This document shows positions 15,066 through 29,044 of a stretch of DNA of 64,000 nt, piece by piece. Where the stretch lies: NCBI GenBank assembly GCA_964016885.1, contig OZ024753.1, forward strand, positions 12,958,001-13,022,000, written 5' to 3'. A program made the position numbers and the translations under genes. Under the pieces are notes generated by a model. That model was not told the origin of the DNA. It searched no databases and saw nothing but the letters and a program-made list of their open reading frames with translations. Numbering within the stretch: the first letter of the stretch is position 1; the number at the start of each line of letters is the position of its first letter. The stretch is from Eledone cirrhosa (lineage: Eukaryota).

Positions 15066-15722
15066 CTCTACCAGACGTGTGTAACTTCGCGGAGAAGTTT
15101 CCGTTAATTTATGTAAGAAAAAAACGCGAGTTTTCAGTTAAATTTTATATTATTGTGTAACTTGACCCCCCGTCTGGACCTTCAGGTGGTGTGTCAACTC
15201 ATTTTCGCCCCTACAGTAATGTAACACAAACGGCAGAGTAAATGAATGTTTTTAAAATACTATAATATTTCCATCAAAACGCTGACGCGCATGTGTGTAT
15301 GTGCATATGTGTGCGTGTGTGTATGTGCATGCGTGTGTGTTCATGTGCATATGCATACATTTAGGCATGAGTATATAAATATAAACGTGCAAAGAGAGAC
15401 ACACTTTCAAAAATACACACTCACAGACATACATTCACATAAACGCACACACGTACATTCACACAACACGCACATACATTTACGCAAACACACACATACA
15501 TTCACACAAACACACACATACATTTACACAATCACACACATACATTCACACAAACACACATACGTTCATACAAAGACACACACATACATTTACACAAACG
15601 CACTCATGCGCATACATTCACACAGAGCGTAACAAATGGAACGCCAGCCGCTGTTTTTTGCTATACCTATTTCGCCATACCCTTCCTACCTTTTACACAC
15701 ACATACATTCCCTCCACACAGA

Positions 15723-15800
<78 letters not shown>

Positions 15801-15921
15801 CATACACGCACACACACACACATGGTGTGACAGACGAAAATCGCTCATTTTATATATAGAAATATAGGATAAATGAACTCTGTTGATTAAAGGATGTTTG
15901 CTTTCGATTTACTCTTTCCAG

Positions 15922-15990
15922 ATAACTGATATACGTGAGAGTATATATGGGGTGACAATTACAGGACATGATTCAGAAGCTGCTTCAGTG
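15922..15990 (+). CDS. GRL-1 exon 2 (ITDIRESIYGVTITGHDSEAASV)
   Basis: actctttccAG acceptor, 69 nt, GTAAAA donor, phase 0/0. Same length and IxxIRxxI pattern as GRL-2 exon 2. Confidence 0.8.
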
Positions 15991-16089
15991 GTAAAAATCA
16001 CATTCAGATATCTTTTTTAATATATATTTAACAGTGTCACTATTTTATTTTTATTTATATGTTTTTGTTTCGTTCGTATTATATTGTAC

Positions 16090-16216
16090 GAGCAGAAAAA
16101 CCACCCTCCGGGGGTTTTCTGCTAGCATGTGTAGCGTGCATATTGATATTATACGCAAATATATATATATAACCAGCAATTTCTCTGTCTGTCTGTCCGA
16201 CAGTGGAAACACGTGC

Positions 16217-16286
<70 letters not shown>

Positions 16287-16950
16287 AGAAAGAGACAGAC
16301 TACGAGAGGGGGATAGCGGGAGGGAGAGGGGGAGAGAGAGAGAGAGTGAATAGACGCTAAAACACGTGCTACAGAAACATTACCTTCCCCTCTCCACTGA
16401 CTTTGGTCACTGAGGCCGAGGGAATCGCCCTGAGCGCGTCATAACGACGTAATGCAGACAGCCAGACATACAGACAGATATTATAAGCGCGCAATGTTAT
16501 ATCTATGTATCTATCTAAAAAGAAAGACTAAGAATGATATAGAGAGAACGCTAAATCGCCTAATGCGGTCCCTAGGGCATTGAAAATTTGAAATAATTTT
16601 TGCTCAAAACACTCACAGGACCATAAGTATTACATGTCTAAAGTTTGAAAACAATCGGTTGGATGGTTCTCAAGTTTTAGTGAGCTGACAGACAGACAGA
16701 CATTCTCTGTTTTAGATATATAGACTAGCAGAACCCCCCCCCCCTCCCGGGTGGTGTTCTGCTATCTATATATATAAAACTGATGTTGTCTGTGTGTGTG
16801 TGTGTCCTCATTTTTGCAAAGTCTATACAAATCCACATTTCTACTCCGATTGACTTCAAACTTGCATTTATATATTCCTTGTGGTCTAAAGATATTAACT
16901 GCAGCTTTTATTTTTCAATTTTTTGTTGTTAAAGGGGTGTTAGGCGCCGG
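16090..16950. mobile_element. Nest of Helitron-like fragments
   Basis: GCAGAA...TTCTGCTAG hairpin ends at about 16091-16125 and 16726-16765 (related ends near 2518-2553 and 46330-46367); TCTATATATATAAAAC-type 5' ends. Confidence 0.45.
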
Positions 16951-17231
16951 TTATCCATCTCCGTCGCGCTCTTATAATATCTGTCTGTATGCCTAGCCGT
17001 CTGCATTAGGACATTCTGACGAACATTGATGACGTATTATGTTCGCTATTATCCGTTCATTGCCAGGGAACGTCTTCACGAACCAAAGTATCGTCTTCCT
17101 GTTTTCCTTCGGTTGCAACGTTTTTCGAAATATTTACTTCTGCGTTCACAGATTGATGTTTTTAGTTTCAGAAGATCCCGTTAAGGGTGAAAGCAACGAT
17201 TCTTTGCTTAAACTTTAATCTGTTATTTTAA

Positions 17232-17293
17232 TCTATATATGTATATATATAAAACTGAGGAAGGATGTATGTATGTGTGTATGTGTGTATGCG

Positions 17294-17375
<82 letters not shown>

Positions 17376-17951
17376 CCGATAAGTACCCAACCGATCTTTT
17401 TCAAACTTTACATGTGTATTACTTATATTTCAGGGAGTGTTATGCACATAAAAAATTCAACTTTCTGATTCCCTAGGGCCCGCATTAGGTAAAAAACTGG
17501 GGGTTTTTTCAGCTTTTTAGGGGTTTTTTTAGGCGTTACGTCAGACCGATTTCCTTTAAATTGTAACTATGTATTAGTCAGTCTCTTCTTCATACCGTGA
17601 GCAAAGAAAATCCAACTTTTTTATGTCCTTAGGCCCGCATTGGGGGAAAAACTTCATTTTTCAACTCTTTACTGCTTTTTTGAGGCGTTACGCCTAGCCG
17701 ATTTTCCCGAATTTCAAGACATATTATGCACATGAAAAAAATTCATTTTCTTGATCCCCTAGGGCCCGCATTAGGCGAAAACCTGCCTTTTTCCTGCTTC
17801 ATCGAGGAAATCTTAGATTATCCAGCCATCAGAGTATTCAGTTTATTTTTTTTACATATTGTCCAACCATGCAATTTTTCCATGATTAGGTCTGTTGGCG
17901 GCCCGCGTTCCAAAATATCTTATCCCGTGCAACGCCGGGTACCACTGCTAG
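17232..17951 (+). mobile_element. Non-autonomous Helitron-like element
   Basis: A^TCTATAT 5' end; 3' hairpin CCCGTGCAACGCCGGG followed by CTAG^T; internal (GT)n. Confidence 0.6.
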
Positions 17952-18414
17952 TATACATATAGATATGATACGTCAAATAAAATCCTAATTGACAATATGC
18001 ACAGAAATTGAAGAGAGACAGTGTTACACTGTCTTCTGTAATCAGTAAAGTAATTCATGATACATTTTAAAAAGACGAAATTATATATAAACTGCATTAC
18101 GGTGAAATGTAATGAAAACGAAAACGGAGAAAATTAGCGATATAATATAGCGTCCGGTATATCATAACCGGAAGTATTGACATTTGAAAATGTTAAAGGA
18201 AGTGAATCTTAAAATAAGCAATCATTATATATAAGAATATTTATGTTTAATCAACAGCTACGAAATTTAGTAGATAAATTATGTAATATTCATTCATTAT
18301 TTATTCAAAGTAATCCAACTTATTTTATTAAAGGAATAAAAAAAATATATTCAGGACACAGTCCCGCACTCCTCCCTTTATTATATTATTATTCTAGTTG
18401 AATTATACTTCTGT

Positions 18415-18578
18415 GTAGGCGGCGTATTGGCAGAGTCGTTAGAACGTCGAATAGAGTGCTTTGTGGTATTCAGTTCGGCTTTCCGCTGTCTGAGCTCAGT
18501 CTCGCCGAGGTCAATTTAGCCTTTTATCCATTCGAAAACGATAAAAAAAAAGTACCAGTCAAGCACTGGGGTCGATTC
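18415..18578 (+). mobile_element. SINE, diverged subfamily
   Basis: GGCGGCGTATTGGCAGAGTCGTTAGA...GCCGAGGTCAA...GTACCAGTCAAGCACTGGGGTCGAT. Confidence 0.75.
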
Positions 18579-18598
18579 TTCCTCTATACCTCTTTCTG

Positions 18599-18676
<78 letters not shown>

Positions 18677-19495
18677 GTTCTATTTAAATTGTTGGGATAC
18701 AACAAGCAAATATTTTTATAACTGATATAAAGCACTCAACAAATATTTGGAGTAAAAATACGATATTAACAATATCGAATATAATTAAGCTACAACTCCA
18801 CTATCCGGGAACTTCCAACAGTAATGGTTGCATTCTTTAAGGGTATGTCAATATTTATTTATAAAACTGATCTATATTATATTTTATCTGTTGAAAGCAC
18901 ACCATAATTTAACTTGGTGTCCTTGAAATGTGTATAATGAAATAAATATGGTTTTATAAATATAGTTTCCATTTGTTAATATCGTATATATATATATATA
19001 TATATATATATGGGGGCTGCAAACTCTGCTAAGAGTATTACAATCGCTTGTCAGATTACAGTAAATGGTGTACCTTTAGGCCACAGCCAGCCACACGAAC
19101 CTGTAACATATCCTGAACAAGCAATGGTTGGGCTTTGAAGGTTTTTGAAGTGGTGAAAGGCCTTACACTCGACTAATCCCACTCTCTGAGCATTGAAAAC
19201 ACTACCCGAAAAAGAGAACTGGTCAACATCATCGGATGCTTCCGAAGCCGCAGGTTTTTTTTTTCAGAGTTTCCCTCTCTTAGAAAGGTTTGTAACTTAA
19301 TCAAAACCGATGTGAAGCATAAAGTTTTAATACGTTTACTAAGATATTCTACGTTTACTAAGATATTCTAACGATTCATTAAAACAATAATAAAGGTTTC
19401 TGATTTAGGCCAACATCATCAGCATCCCCTCTCATTCTTACGGAGTCGATAAAATAAAGTACCAGTTACGCACTGGGGTCGGTAAATAATAATAA

Positions 19496-19851
19496 TTGAG
19501 CAAGTATAAAGACCTGGAGACAGAGACTGGAAAAATGTGGAAGGTGAGAACTAAAACAATACCAGTGGTTGTGGGTGCTCTAGGAATGATACCTAAGGGG
19601 TCTCATGATTACTTATCCCCAATCCCAGGAAACCCGCGTATAGAAGAAATTCAAAAGATAGTACTAATGGGAACTGCCCATATACTAAGGAAGATTCTGT
19701 CAATATAAGTACATCACAAGTCTAAACACCTAAAGATGCATGTGTGAGTATATATGTTCTTTCTTGAACATGGCGGACCTTGTTGTCTCTTGAGGTCACT
19801 GGTTGTGACTTGGTGATAACTCGTATGAACATAAAGCAAGATAAATGCAAC

Positions 19852-19902
<51 letters not shown>
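19496..19902 (+). mobile_element. 3' fragment of an RLE-type non-LTR retrotransposon (R4/Dong/NeSL-like) in (AAT)n
   Basis: KYKDLETETGKMWKVRTKTIPVVVGALG...IQKIVLMGTAHILRKIL; AAT repeats on both sides. Confidence 0.7.
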
Positions 19903-19904
<2 letters not shown>

Positions 19905-20258
19905 TTTCTTTATTAACCACAAGGGTTTACATAAAGTAGACAGTAAGGACAGTGCAGGACAATACAGGACGGTACAAATGGGCATTTCTGCGTGTAAAAA
20001 ACAAAAACAGAGGATGTAACAAAAAATAACAATGAAAAATTCCCCAATAGGAGGGAGACTTCGGAGGGACATTTGTGGAGAAAGCCCAGTAAAAAGCCAC
20101 AATGACCCTGACCACCAAGGCAAGTGCCCTCTCCCAGTTTTCCACCTTTAATTTACAGATATATACTCAGAGTAGGCCCATTCACTCGGGCCATTCTTGC
20201 TTCTCTCACCCATCAATAATAATAATAATAATAATAATACTTTTTTTTTTGTTTACAG

Positions 20259-20348
20259 CTATCCATGACTGTTGATCGAATAAACAGTGAGACGCTAGGA
20301 GTAAGTATTGGAGGTGTCTCTGTTATCACTCCTAAGTTCTTTTTTAAG
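20259..20348 (+). CDS. GRL-1 exon 3 (LSMTVDRINSETLGVSIGGVSVITPKFFFK)
   Basis: Poly-T gtttacAG acceptor, 90 nt, AAG|GTAAGT donor. LGxxIGGxxVITP motif shared with GRL-2, matching the GR pre-TM7 region. Confidence 0.88.
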
Positions 20349-20812
20349 GTAAGTATTCATTTTTCTCCAAACCTGACTGTTTCAACTGTTATCTAAATAT
20401 AGAATTATATCTACTAAATACGAATGTTCAGGTTCTGCTGCACTTCGGGCTCTCCAAGTACCGGTCGCTCTCCGACAGGTTTGCGGTCGTGCCCTGGTCA
20501 GTGCAGACTTCTGTTGTCCTTGGCCCTAGGGTTACCTCCCTACTCGCCACCATAGGCGCTGAGCTGGCCAACCGCAGGTGTTTAGCCTCGCGAGATGGAA
20601 TGGCTCTTCCAGCGCATCTCCCTTTCCATCCTCCTGGGAAACTCCTTCTCCATTCTGTCCACCGGGACTGTGGAGCGGCCAGCAGGTGGGACCCCATTTG
20701 CTCATAATACAGAGAGATGAGGAGCGCGAGAGAGATGTAGGCGATGACAGCGGGAGTTCGACTCTGCCGTGTTCGGATACATTGCACCTGCCATGTGGAT
20801 CATGGGATAATT

Positions 20813-20876
<64 letters not shown>

Positions 20877-21023
20877 TTGCGAACAAAACACTATACACAC
20901 ATGCAAACGCATGCGCAAAGAAGACAAAATAAAATAAACAAACAAGCAAATAAATAAATAAATATATAGACAGACTGAATAAAAAACGCGTAGACATACA
21001 ATACAACAGGAGGAAAATATAGC

Positions 21024-21064
21024 ACCACTGACGATGTTGCAGATGTGCAACGAAAGATTTATGA
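21024..21064 (+). ncRNA. Minimal hammerhead motif
   Basis: ca-CTGACGA-t-gttgca(gatg)tgcaac-GAAAG-ATTTA-tg; weak stem I. Confidence 0.55.
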
Positions 21065-21507
21065 TAAACTATATATATGTGTTTGTGTCTATATTGTATC
21101 TGTATTATTTTTGACCGTCGGTCAGTCAATGGCAACATTGAGGACCGAGTAAGTTAGATTACCGATATAAAAGACACAGAAGCGAGAAGCGAAAACCAAC
21201 CAAACAGTGAGTGTGTTCTGTTATTAATTCTGGTAATATTACACAAATATGACCCTCCCCAAGTATAACAATATATATATATTTCGTTTCTGAATTTGTT
21301 TAGCAAGATTCTTTATCTGAAATCGTGTGTTGAAACCGATATTGTTATACTTTGGGAGGGTCATGTTGCCAATTAGAAACACACGCACCAGTTGCTTTCA
21401 CTTCAATTTATTATATATTTATAAATTTATAAATTTACAAATTTACAAACTTATAAATTTCTGGTTGGTTGGTTGGTTCCACAACCAGATAGTTGTTTAT
21501 ATATATA

Positions 21508-21550
21508 GTCATAGTCCTTTCGTCACACACTCTGTGACCTCTTCAGTGAC
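21508..21550 (-). ncRNA. Minimal hammerhead motif in PLE pLTR
   Basis: gtca-CTGAAGA-g-gtcac(agagtgt)gtgac-GAAAG-GA-CTA-tgac; degenerate relatives near 28108 (+), 46458 (+) and 250 (+). Confidence 0.68.
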
Positions 21551-21655
21551 TGGGGATTCCTTTCTTCGTTTCTGTGCCTTTCCTTTCTTCTATCCTACGC
21601 CAGAAAATGGTGCGTGTGTTTCTTATTGGCAACATGACCCTCCCAAAGTATAACA

Positions 21656-21686
<31 letters not shown>

Positions 21687-22172
21687 AGAAGAGAGACGGT
21701 TTTAAATGTACATCCTCTGTTTATTTTAAAGGCAAGATATAGAATTACATCTACTAAATACGAGTATCTACTACTATAATACACAATGTATATTTGTCCG
21801 TCACGCAGGGGAGGGTAACTCCGCTATGTATGAATATATAAATATAAACACATACATAAACATTTTATAGAAAATAATGATGACGTACAAACACATCTAT
21901 GTGATAAGTATGGAAGGAAGGGGGTTATGACAACGTATAAAAAACAGCGAACAATGTGTGTGAATGTAATAATTATTTTCTCTAATGAGTCTCTTTGCTC
22001 ATTAGAGTATGTATGTATTGACTCATTAGAGTATGTAGAGTATTGAATGTATGTATAGTATATTTGGCAATATACCGTATGTTTAATTAAAAACATTTAG
22101 AAGACTATACGCTATCAGTTTTAAAGTAGTGACTATGTTACTAACTTCTTTTCGGCGAAAGAAGGGAGAGAA

Positions 22173-22212
22173 GCTGACAGTATGTTTCACGCTTTCTGGC
22201 AATCATCAGAGC
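22173..22212 (-). ncRNA. Minimal type I hammerhead motif
   Basis: gct-CTGATGA-ttgccagaaagcgt-GAAAC-ATACT-GTC-agc. Confidence 0.72.
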
Positions 22213-22840
22213 CACGCACTCCCCTGCATCCACCGAAAATTATAGAAGCTGGATTCTTATAGAATTCCAGTAATAATCAGGAGCTGATTATACAGAGCAC
22301 TTGCCGATCCAGCAAATATTAGGTACTAGGATTGGTGCTCTGAAATAGAATTAAAAAGAATTAAGAAGAATTAAAAATTAAAAACTAAAGATGTAAAATT
22401 AATTTTTTTCATCTTCCTTGTTGAGATGAAGCCTGGAAAAATGGAATCTTGTGTATAGATAGCGAGGTAGTCATGGTAGTGCAAGTGTTGCACAGGAAAA
22501 ATATAAACATCGGCGTGAAAGGAGATTAGGAATTTATTTGCTTTAACATATGTTTCTGTGTCTATTATAATCGTCTACATGTGCTGACTACAATATATAT
22601 TGTTCATTCATATGCAATACTTAATTATTTTTCACACTTCATCGGAAAGCCTATAATTGTGGAAGTGACTATTCACTACGCGGTAGAATCATATATATCT
22701 AATCATATATATATATATCAAACTTTGGTTATTCACCTAAATTGAATAGTTATACTCTGTATTTTTCGATTTGTGATCAACACATTGAGTTTTGATGCAC
22801 TTAGTAAGGAATGACTGCTATACCCACTTCTATTCACCCC

Positions 22841-22922
<82 letters not shown>

Positions 22923-23761
22923 TTAATATATAAGGGAACAAATAATCAGTGTCGCATCATATAATACATACGGAAAGAGCTTTGACAATAAACAAAAAAA
23001 AGAAGATTCGGTTTTTAAACAAACCAACTGGAAATTTGTTACAAATTGAAGTAACAGATTCTTGTGTTTTTATTGGCAGCATGACTCTCCTTAAGTATAA
23101 CAATATATATACACAGACACAAGTACACATATATGTGTGTACGTGTGTCGGAAGCTCCTCATATAAGTGTTCGCATATGAAGACGCACGTGCGAATGCTT
23201 CCGATTCCAGAGTCAGGATCGAACAGTAATCGATCGTTCCTTGAGCTGATCGTCAGTGAAACATATGTAATATGAGATTAAATATGTATATGATGCAACA
23301 CTGATTCTTTGTTCCCATTTAATATTATTGATACTCTGCTCGCCAAGAACATCGAGTGCTTATCTTGGCATACCGCATGTAAACGCAATTCAATTGCACG
23401 TCTACTACCTACGCTCAACATATGACTTATTATCTTCGTTTTTTCGTTCATTGCCAGAGAACGTCTCTATGCACCACCTAAGAGAACATTAGTCTACGAC
23501 CTCTTTTATACCATAAACGTGGTTTTGTCTTTGCGCGTAATGTTTTTCACCGCTCCTATTAATGACGTATTATTCGTTTTTTCCTGTTCTTTGCCAGCGA
23601 ACGTTACCACGAACCAAAGTATCGTCTTCCTGCCTTCCTCCTGTTGCAACGTTTTTTGAAATATCCAGTTCTGCGTTTACAGATTGACTTTGTTAGTTTC
23701 AGAAGATCCCGTTAAGGGTGATAGCAGCGATTCTTTGCTTAAACTTTAATCTGTTATTTTA

Positions 23762-23846
<85 letters not shown>

Positions 23847-23994
23847 ATAAGGACTTGACGGACCTACCATATTTGACAATTCCAGGACCGGTTGTATTTC
23901 AGCGTACTCAATAGATAATGTAGAACACATTCCAGAGTATACACATAGTTATTCGCTTCAACACAACAAACGTAAGCGGGTGCCTATATTAGTT

Positions 23995-24115
23995 CCCGGA
24001 CGCGAGTTTCGGCTACACTTAATGCAGCAGTAGGGTGCACTGCACCCTCTGTCTGCATATATTATGCAACAATGCATAATCGGCGCATGTGGATTCGTCA
24101 GCGGGTATCGCCTAA
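23995..24115 (-). ncRNA. Type I hammerhead motif with extended stem II
   Basis: cccg-CTGACGA-...-GAAAC-TCGC-GTC-cggg. Confidence 0.7.
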
Positions 24116-24205
24116 TCAATAACCAATCGATCGACAGAATTTAACTCCAGTCCATACTGTTTGTGATGGCCGACTATATATATATAAACGTATATATATA
24201 TATAA

Positions 24206-24238
<33 letters not shown>

Positions 24239-24242
<4 letters not shown>

Positions 24243-24354
24243 AAAAAGTATGACCCCGACGGCAGAGCTCAAGCCGTTTCGACGGCTATTTCTGAGTCTA
24301 GAAATAGCCGTCGAAACGGCTTGAGCTCTGCTGTCGGGGTCATACTTTTTCCTA
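24239..24354. repeat. Foldback inverted repeat, about 55-bp arms
   Basis: Same family as 3229, independently folded back. Confidence 0.9.
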
Positions 24355-24483
24355 TTTCCCACTCTACTACTCTAAGTATTGAGTACTCTGGTGCGTTATG
24401 GTCCATCTGGTTCCTTACCACATTTCCTGTGTTATATATATATATATCAAAATGAAAATCCGAAAGCAAGGTAAAATTCCAAA

Positions 24484-24569
24484 CATTTAATCACGACACA
24501 TGTTTCAATGAGAGATAGATCGATTGTGAAGTCATGATCGATTATCACTGATCTCATCAGGTGAAAATG
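24484..24569 (-). ncRNA. Type I hammerhead ribozyme motif
   Basis: Minus strand: tcac-CTGATGA-(long stem II)-GAAAC-ATGT-GTC-gtga; stem I tcac/gtga extended by cattt/aaatg. Confidence 0.75.
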
Positions 24570-25195
24570 AATTGTCTTCAAACTTTTGACATGAGGCAGA
24601 AAAATAACGATGTTCTCTCACAGAATTCATTCCCTCATATGAAGACACACCAGTCAGAGACACGGCGACTGCTATTAACTTCAGTTGAGGTCATAAAAGT
24701 TTTCAGATTTCTATCGCTGCAAAAGACGCTGGACATCAATCAAATCAGTAGGGATACAGTTAGTCACAGTTAAAGTGAGTGGGTACACACACATTCCACA
24801 CCCACATACACCGGCTCGAGGTCAAAGAAAAATATATACATATATATACACACATCAACACAGTATTAAACCTGTAGAGTTAGTGTGGGTGGGTATACAC
24901 ACACTCTCGAGAAAAAACAAATATAAGAAAACAAGTAAATAAATATAAGAATGTACCAACACAGCACTCACCGAAACTTAGTTCACAAAACAACAGAAGC
25001 TACATTGTTCAAATCTCAATTTGACGATGTAAATTGGAAATATTGGGTTAACCATAAACACATATATATATATATGTATGTATGTGCGTGTAAGAGAGGG
25101 TGAGTGTATATGTGTGTGTGAGCGCGCGCGCGTGCGGCGTGCGTACGTGTTTTCACTACTACTATAATAATTCTGACAATTTTCTTTTATTGCAG

Positions 25196-25249
25196 GTTTG
25201 GGAAATGATTCTATCCTACACTGTCGTTATTTACCAAACCTCCAAATAA
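25196..25249 (+). CDS. GRL-1 exon 4 (VWEMILSYTVVIYQTSK*)
   Basis: tttcttttattgcAG acceptor. SYTVVIYQ matches the GR-family TM7 signature TYhhhhhQF; TAA stop. Confidence 0.85.
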   Translation, partial: VWEMILSYTVVIYQTSK

Positions 25250-25925
25250 TGGAATTCACCTCATCCAAGTAATATAGTTAAAGTGCTGTTGTTTTAATTC
25301 TGATGTAATGTTAGGTTAAATGCCAACGAAAGTTGGTTGAAAAGTCCATAAGAGTCAGCTGAAAACTTCAAGGAGTAATGCTAGAGCTGCGAAATCTTTC
25401 AACTCTTATTTATTATTCTGTAAAGTCCTGAGATTGTTGAATCACAGGCAGCCAACTATGATTTAATCGTGTATTCTGCCTGTCTGCTTCTTATAAAACA
25501 GAATCTCCCTCTCCCTCACACACACAAACACACACATTTAATACTTCCTTATTTTTCTCTCACTTTACTTCACTCTTTTTTACTTTATCTTCATCCCTCT
25601 TTCTCCCTCTCCTTCCCCGTCTCTCCCGCCTCCATATTTCTCCCCCTCTTTCTCCTTCCCCTGCCTCTCTTACCCTTCCTCCTCCAGCTGATGCTGATGC
25701 TGATGCTACTGCTGCAGGCTTAAACCGCAAATTCAAAAATTATGCTTTTGGTACCTCTGAACTGACTCGCCATTTTGTTTACAAGTTATAAGCGTTCCTG
25801 TCCAACAACCATATTTTATGTAATCTTCAAGTCTTCATTTTTGCAATAAACTTATTGTACACTCGCTTTCTGTTAGTTTCTTTTTATCGATGTCTGAATT
25901 GATTTTAAACTTATTAATTAAATAA

Positions 25926-26032
25926 AGGTGTGTGGCTGAGTGGTAAGAGAATTGGACTCGCAATCATGAGTTCGATTCCTGGAGCGGGCGATGCATTATG
26001 TCCTTGAGCAAGACACTTTATTTCACGTTGCA
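25926..26032 (+). mobile_element. Second tRNA-derived SINE family (related minus copies about 8190-8430 and 40565-40677)
   Basis: TGGCTGAGTGG A-box, GAGTTCGATTCC B-box, GTCCTTGAGCAAGACACTTTATTTCACGTTGC. Confidence 0.75.
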
Positions 26033-26229
26033 ACCGATAGATAGTATTAGCAACTAGAAAGACCAACGGAAATATTGTTTCCTCGGTCCGATTTGACAAA
26101 AGTCTGTCTAATAAAGTGACAGCGTTTCCTCTGGTTGTTGATATTATGTAAATCCAGGACAGGTCTAATCGTTCAGACTGTCCTATAACATACTCATAGT
26201 CAAGTGAAAGTTACATAGATAATGTATTG

Positions 26230-26430
26230 GTGGATTGGCAGTACCGGTAGAGCGCCGGACAACATGCTTTGCAGCATAGAGTTACGGCCCTTTATGTTAT
26301 GTCTTCAAATCACAAATCATAAAATAAGCACCTGTCACGCACTGGAGTCGATTTAATCGACTTTCTCTTTGCCCCAAACTTGAAGGTCTTGTGCCTATAG
26401 TAGAAATCATTATATTCTGTATATCCCTTG

Positions 26431-26465
<35 letters not shown>

Positions 26466-26598
26466 AAAAAGTTTAACCCCGACGGCAGAGCTCAAGCCGT
26501 TTCGACGGCTATTTCTGGATGCTTAATAAGGTTACCATACTTCCTTCGTTATATATATATAGAGAGAGAGATAGAAACACACACTATAAATATATAAA

Positions 26599-26648
<50 letters not shown>

Positions 26649-26925
26649 ATTTACATATATATAAAGATTTACATATACATAAACTAGACAAAATCATAGA
26701 TATATATATATATGTGTGGGCGGCCATCCATGATGTGGCTCAATGACGAATTAATTAATTAAATAATTGTTTCTACTTTTTGGCACAAGGCCAGCAATTA
26801 CCCAGTGCATTATTGGTACTTTATTTTATCGAGCCCGTAAGGATGAAAGGCAAAGTTAACCTCGGCGGGATTTGAACTCAGAATTGCAAGGGCCGTAACT
26901 CTATGCGTCAAAGCATGGCGTCCGA
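26230..26925. mobile_element. SINE copies (26230-26410 plus, 26763-26925 minus)
   Basis: Same family. Confidence 0.8.
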
Positions 26926-27045
26926 TAATGAACAATCAGAGCAATATACAATAAAGTATGTCCATAGAATCATTTGATAAAATATATACATTATTTCCTC
27001 TCCCAATCAGCATAATCAACCACACAAAAAACAATTAAACAATAT

Positions 27046-27081
<36 letters not shown>

Positions 27082-27082
<1 letters not shown>

Positions 27083-28357
27083 CAGATTTGGTGCGGGTGA
27101 TGAGAAACGTGTCCCGCATGTGCAACCCCGAAGAACTAGAGAGACACATACAACACTTCATCCACCGTAATGCAGTTCTCTGGTTACAATCAGAGAGATA
27201 AAATCAGAGTGTATAGAGGAGCCAGAACCAAATGGGAAAAAATGGTAAATAATGACACAAATGGGACCTGCCCCTTGTATAGGAGCACATTTTGGAATAG
27301 AATAGAAAGAACTAGGAATAAGGCTAATAGAAGAAACTCATGGTATGATAGCAATAAATACCAGAGTGTAATGTTCATCGATACAACCCCTAGAGGTGAA
27401 TTAGCTTACAAATTTAGAAGGGCCCTAGATAAACATAAACTCAATATTAAGATAGTAGAAAGACCAGGTACTTCCGTAAAAACACTTATTAGCAAGACAT
27501 ACCTTTTCAAAGACCCCCCTGTATAGATAAGAAATGTATAACCTGTAAATTAAGCCCCCATATTAACTGTAAAACTAGAAATGTAGTATATAGCATAAGA
27601 TGTACTGAAGGACAATGTAGAGACAAAAATATAGTGTACATAGGTGAGACAGCTCGTAGTGTAGGGGAACGGATAAATGAACACTGGCGAAACCTTCAAG
27701 ATAGTAAAGAATCATCTGCACTCTACCAACATGCTAACATAGAACATAAGGGTAAATTAGACAACATAGAAATAAAAATAGAATCTACACACAGAAAAGA
27801 CGCAATGTTTAGACAAATCACAGAGGCAATAAACATAAAAGAATTACAACCAAAATTAAATAGAAAATATGAGTGGAACAGCAACATCACAACTTACAAT
27901 TAAGGACAAAATGAAAACACACACGCACATAGAACAAACAACCAACCTGTAACATGTAAATAAACAAATAAATGAACGAATATAAACACACACAGACACC
28001 CGGATGTGGCGCATGCGCAGGCCGAGCACACAACACACACACAGAAACAAAATGGCGTAGGACAGAACAAAGGGGAGGCACAAAAACAAAGAAAAAAAAA
28101 TCCCCAGTCACTAAAGAGGTCACAGAATATGTGACGAAAGAACTTTGACAATATATAAACAACCATCCGGTTGTGGAACCAACCAACCAACCGGAAATTT
28201 ATAAATTCCTCAATTTATAAATTTATTATAATAAATTGAAGTGAAACCATCTGGTGCGTGTGTTTCTTATTGGCAACATGACTCTCCCAAAGTATAACAA
28301 TATCTGTTTCAACACACGTTTTCAGATAAAGAATCTTGCTGAACAAATTCAGAAACG
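27082..28357 (+). mobile_element. Penelope-like element 3' fragment (RT C-terminus, GIY-YIG endonuclease, pLTR)
   Basis: CKTRNVVYSIRC...YIGETARSVGERINEH...EAINIKELQPKLNRKYE, with stop/frameshift. 3' UTR related to 21285-21660 and 1-330; flanked by (TA)n. Confidence 0.85.
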
Positions 28358-28411
<54 letters not shown>

Positions 28412-28561
28412 GGAAAAGATGAAACGAAATTTCATTTCTCACTCTTAGTACGGCTATTACTTAAATATAAGTATGTATACGTACATACATATATGTATAC
28501 AGACGTACAGTTGTATGTATATATATATATACATACATGCACACATATATATATGTATGTC

Positions 28562-28620
<59 letters not shown>

Positions 28621-28627
<7 letters not shown>

Positions 28628-28903
28628 AGGAAACGAAAAATCAGTGATGCATCTGGACTTAGTTTATTTCGTGTTACAAATGTTTCGCCGGCAGTAGGGT
28701 TTTTTGAGGGTGTTGTTTTGATGATAACACCCCAGTGTTAAAATTTGCTCCGGGCGTAACACCCGTGTCTGAAAGAACCCGCAGAAGTAGAATCAGCCAT
28801 ATCCATACAAGGACCATGACTCGAGCTACATGCCGGGGAAACATTTGTAACACGAAATAAACTAAGCCCAGATGCATCACTGATTTTTCGTTTCCTTTAT
28901 AAT
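28621..28903. repeat. Inverted repeat, about 66-bp arms, about 150-bp spacer
   Basis: ATTATAAAGGAAACG...AAATGTTTC / GAAACATTT...CCTTTATAAT. Confidence 0.9.
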
Positions 28904-28987
28904 ATATACACTCTACTTTGATGAATATCGATTGCTAATTTTGGCATACCGCCTATGGAAGCACCATAGCTACCACTATACACAACT

Positions 28988-29039
<52 letters not shown>

Positions 29040-29044
<5 letters not shown>

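Noticed and set aside
13799-25249. GPCR or pentameric chemotactile receptor identity
   Set aside because: No DRY/NPxxY motifs, no signal peptide or Cys-loop ectodomain; TM7 motif and intron pattern fit GR-like proteins.
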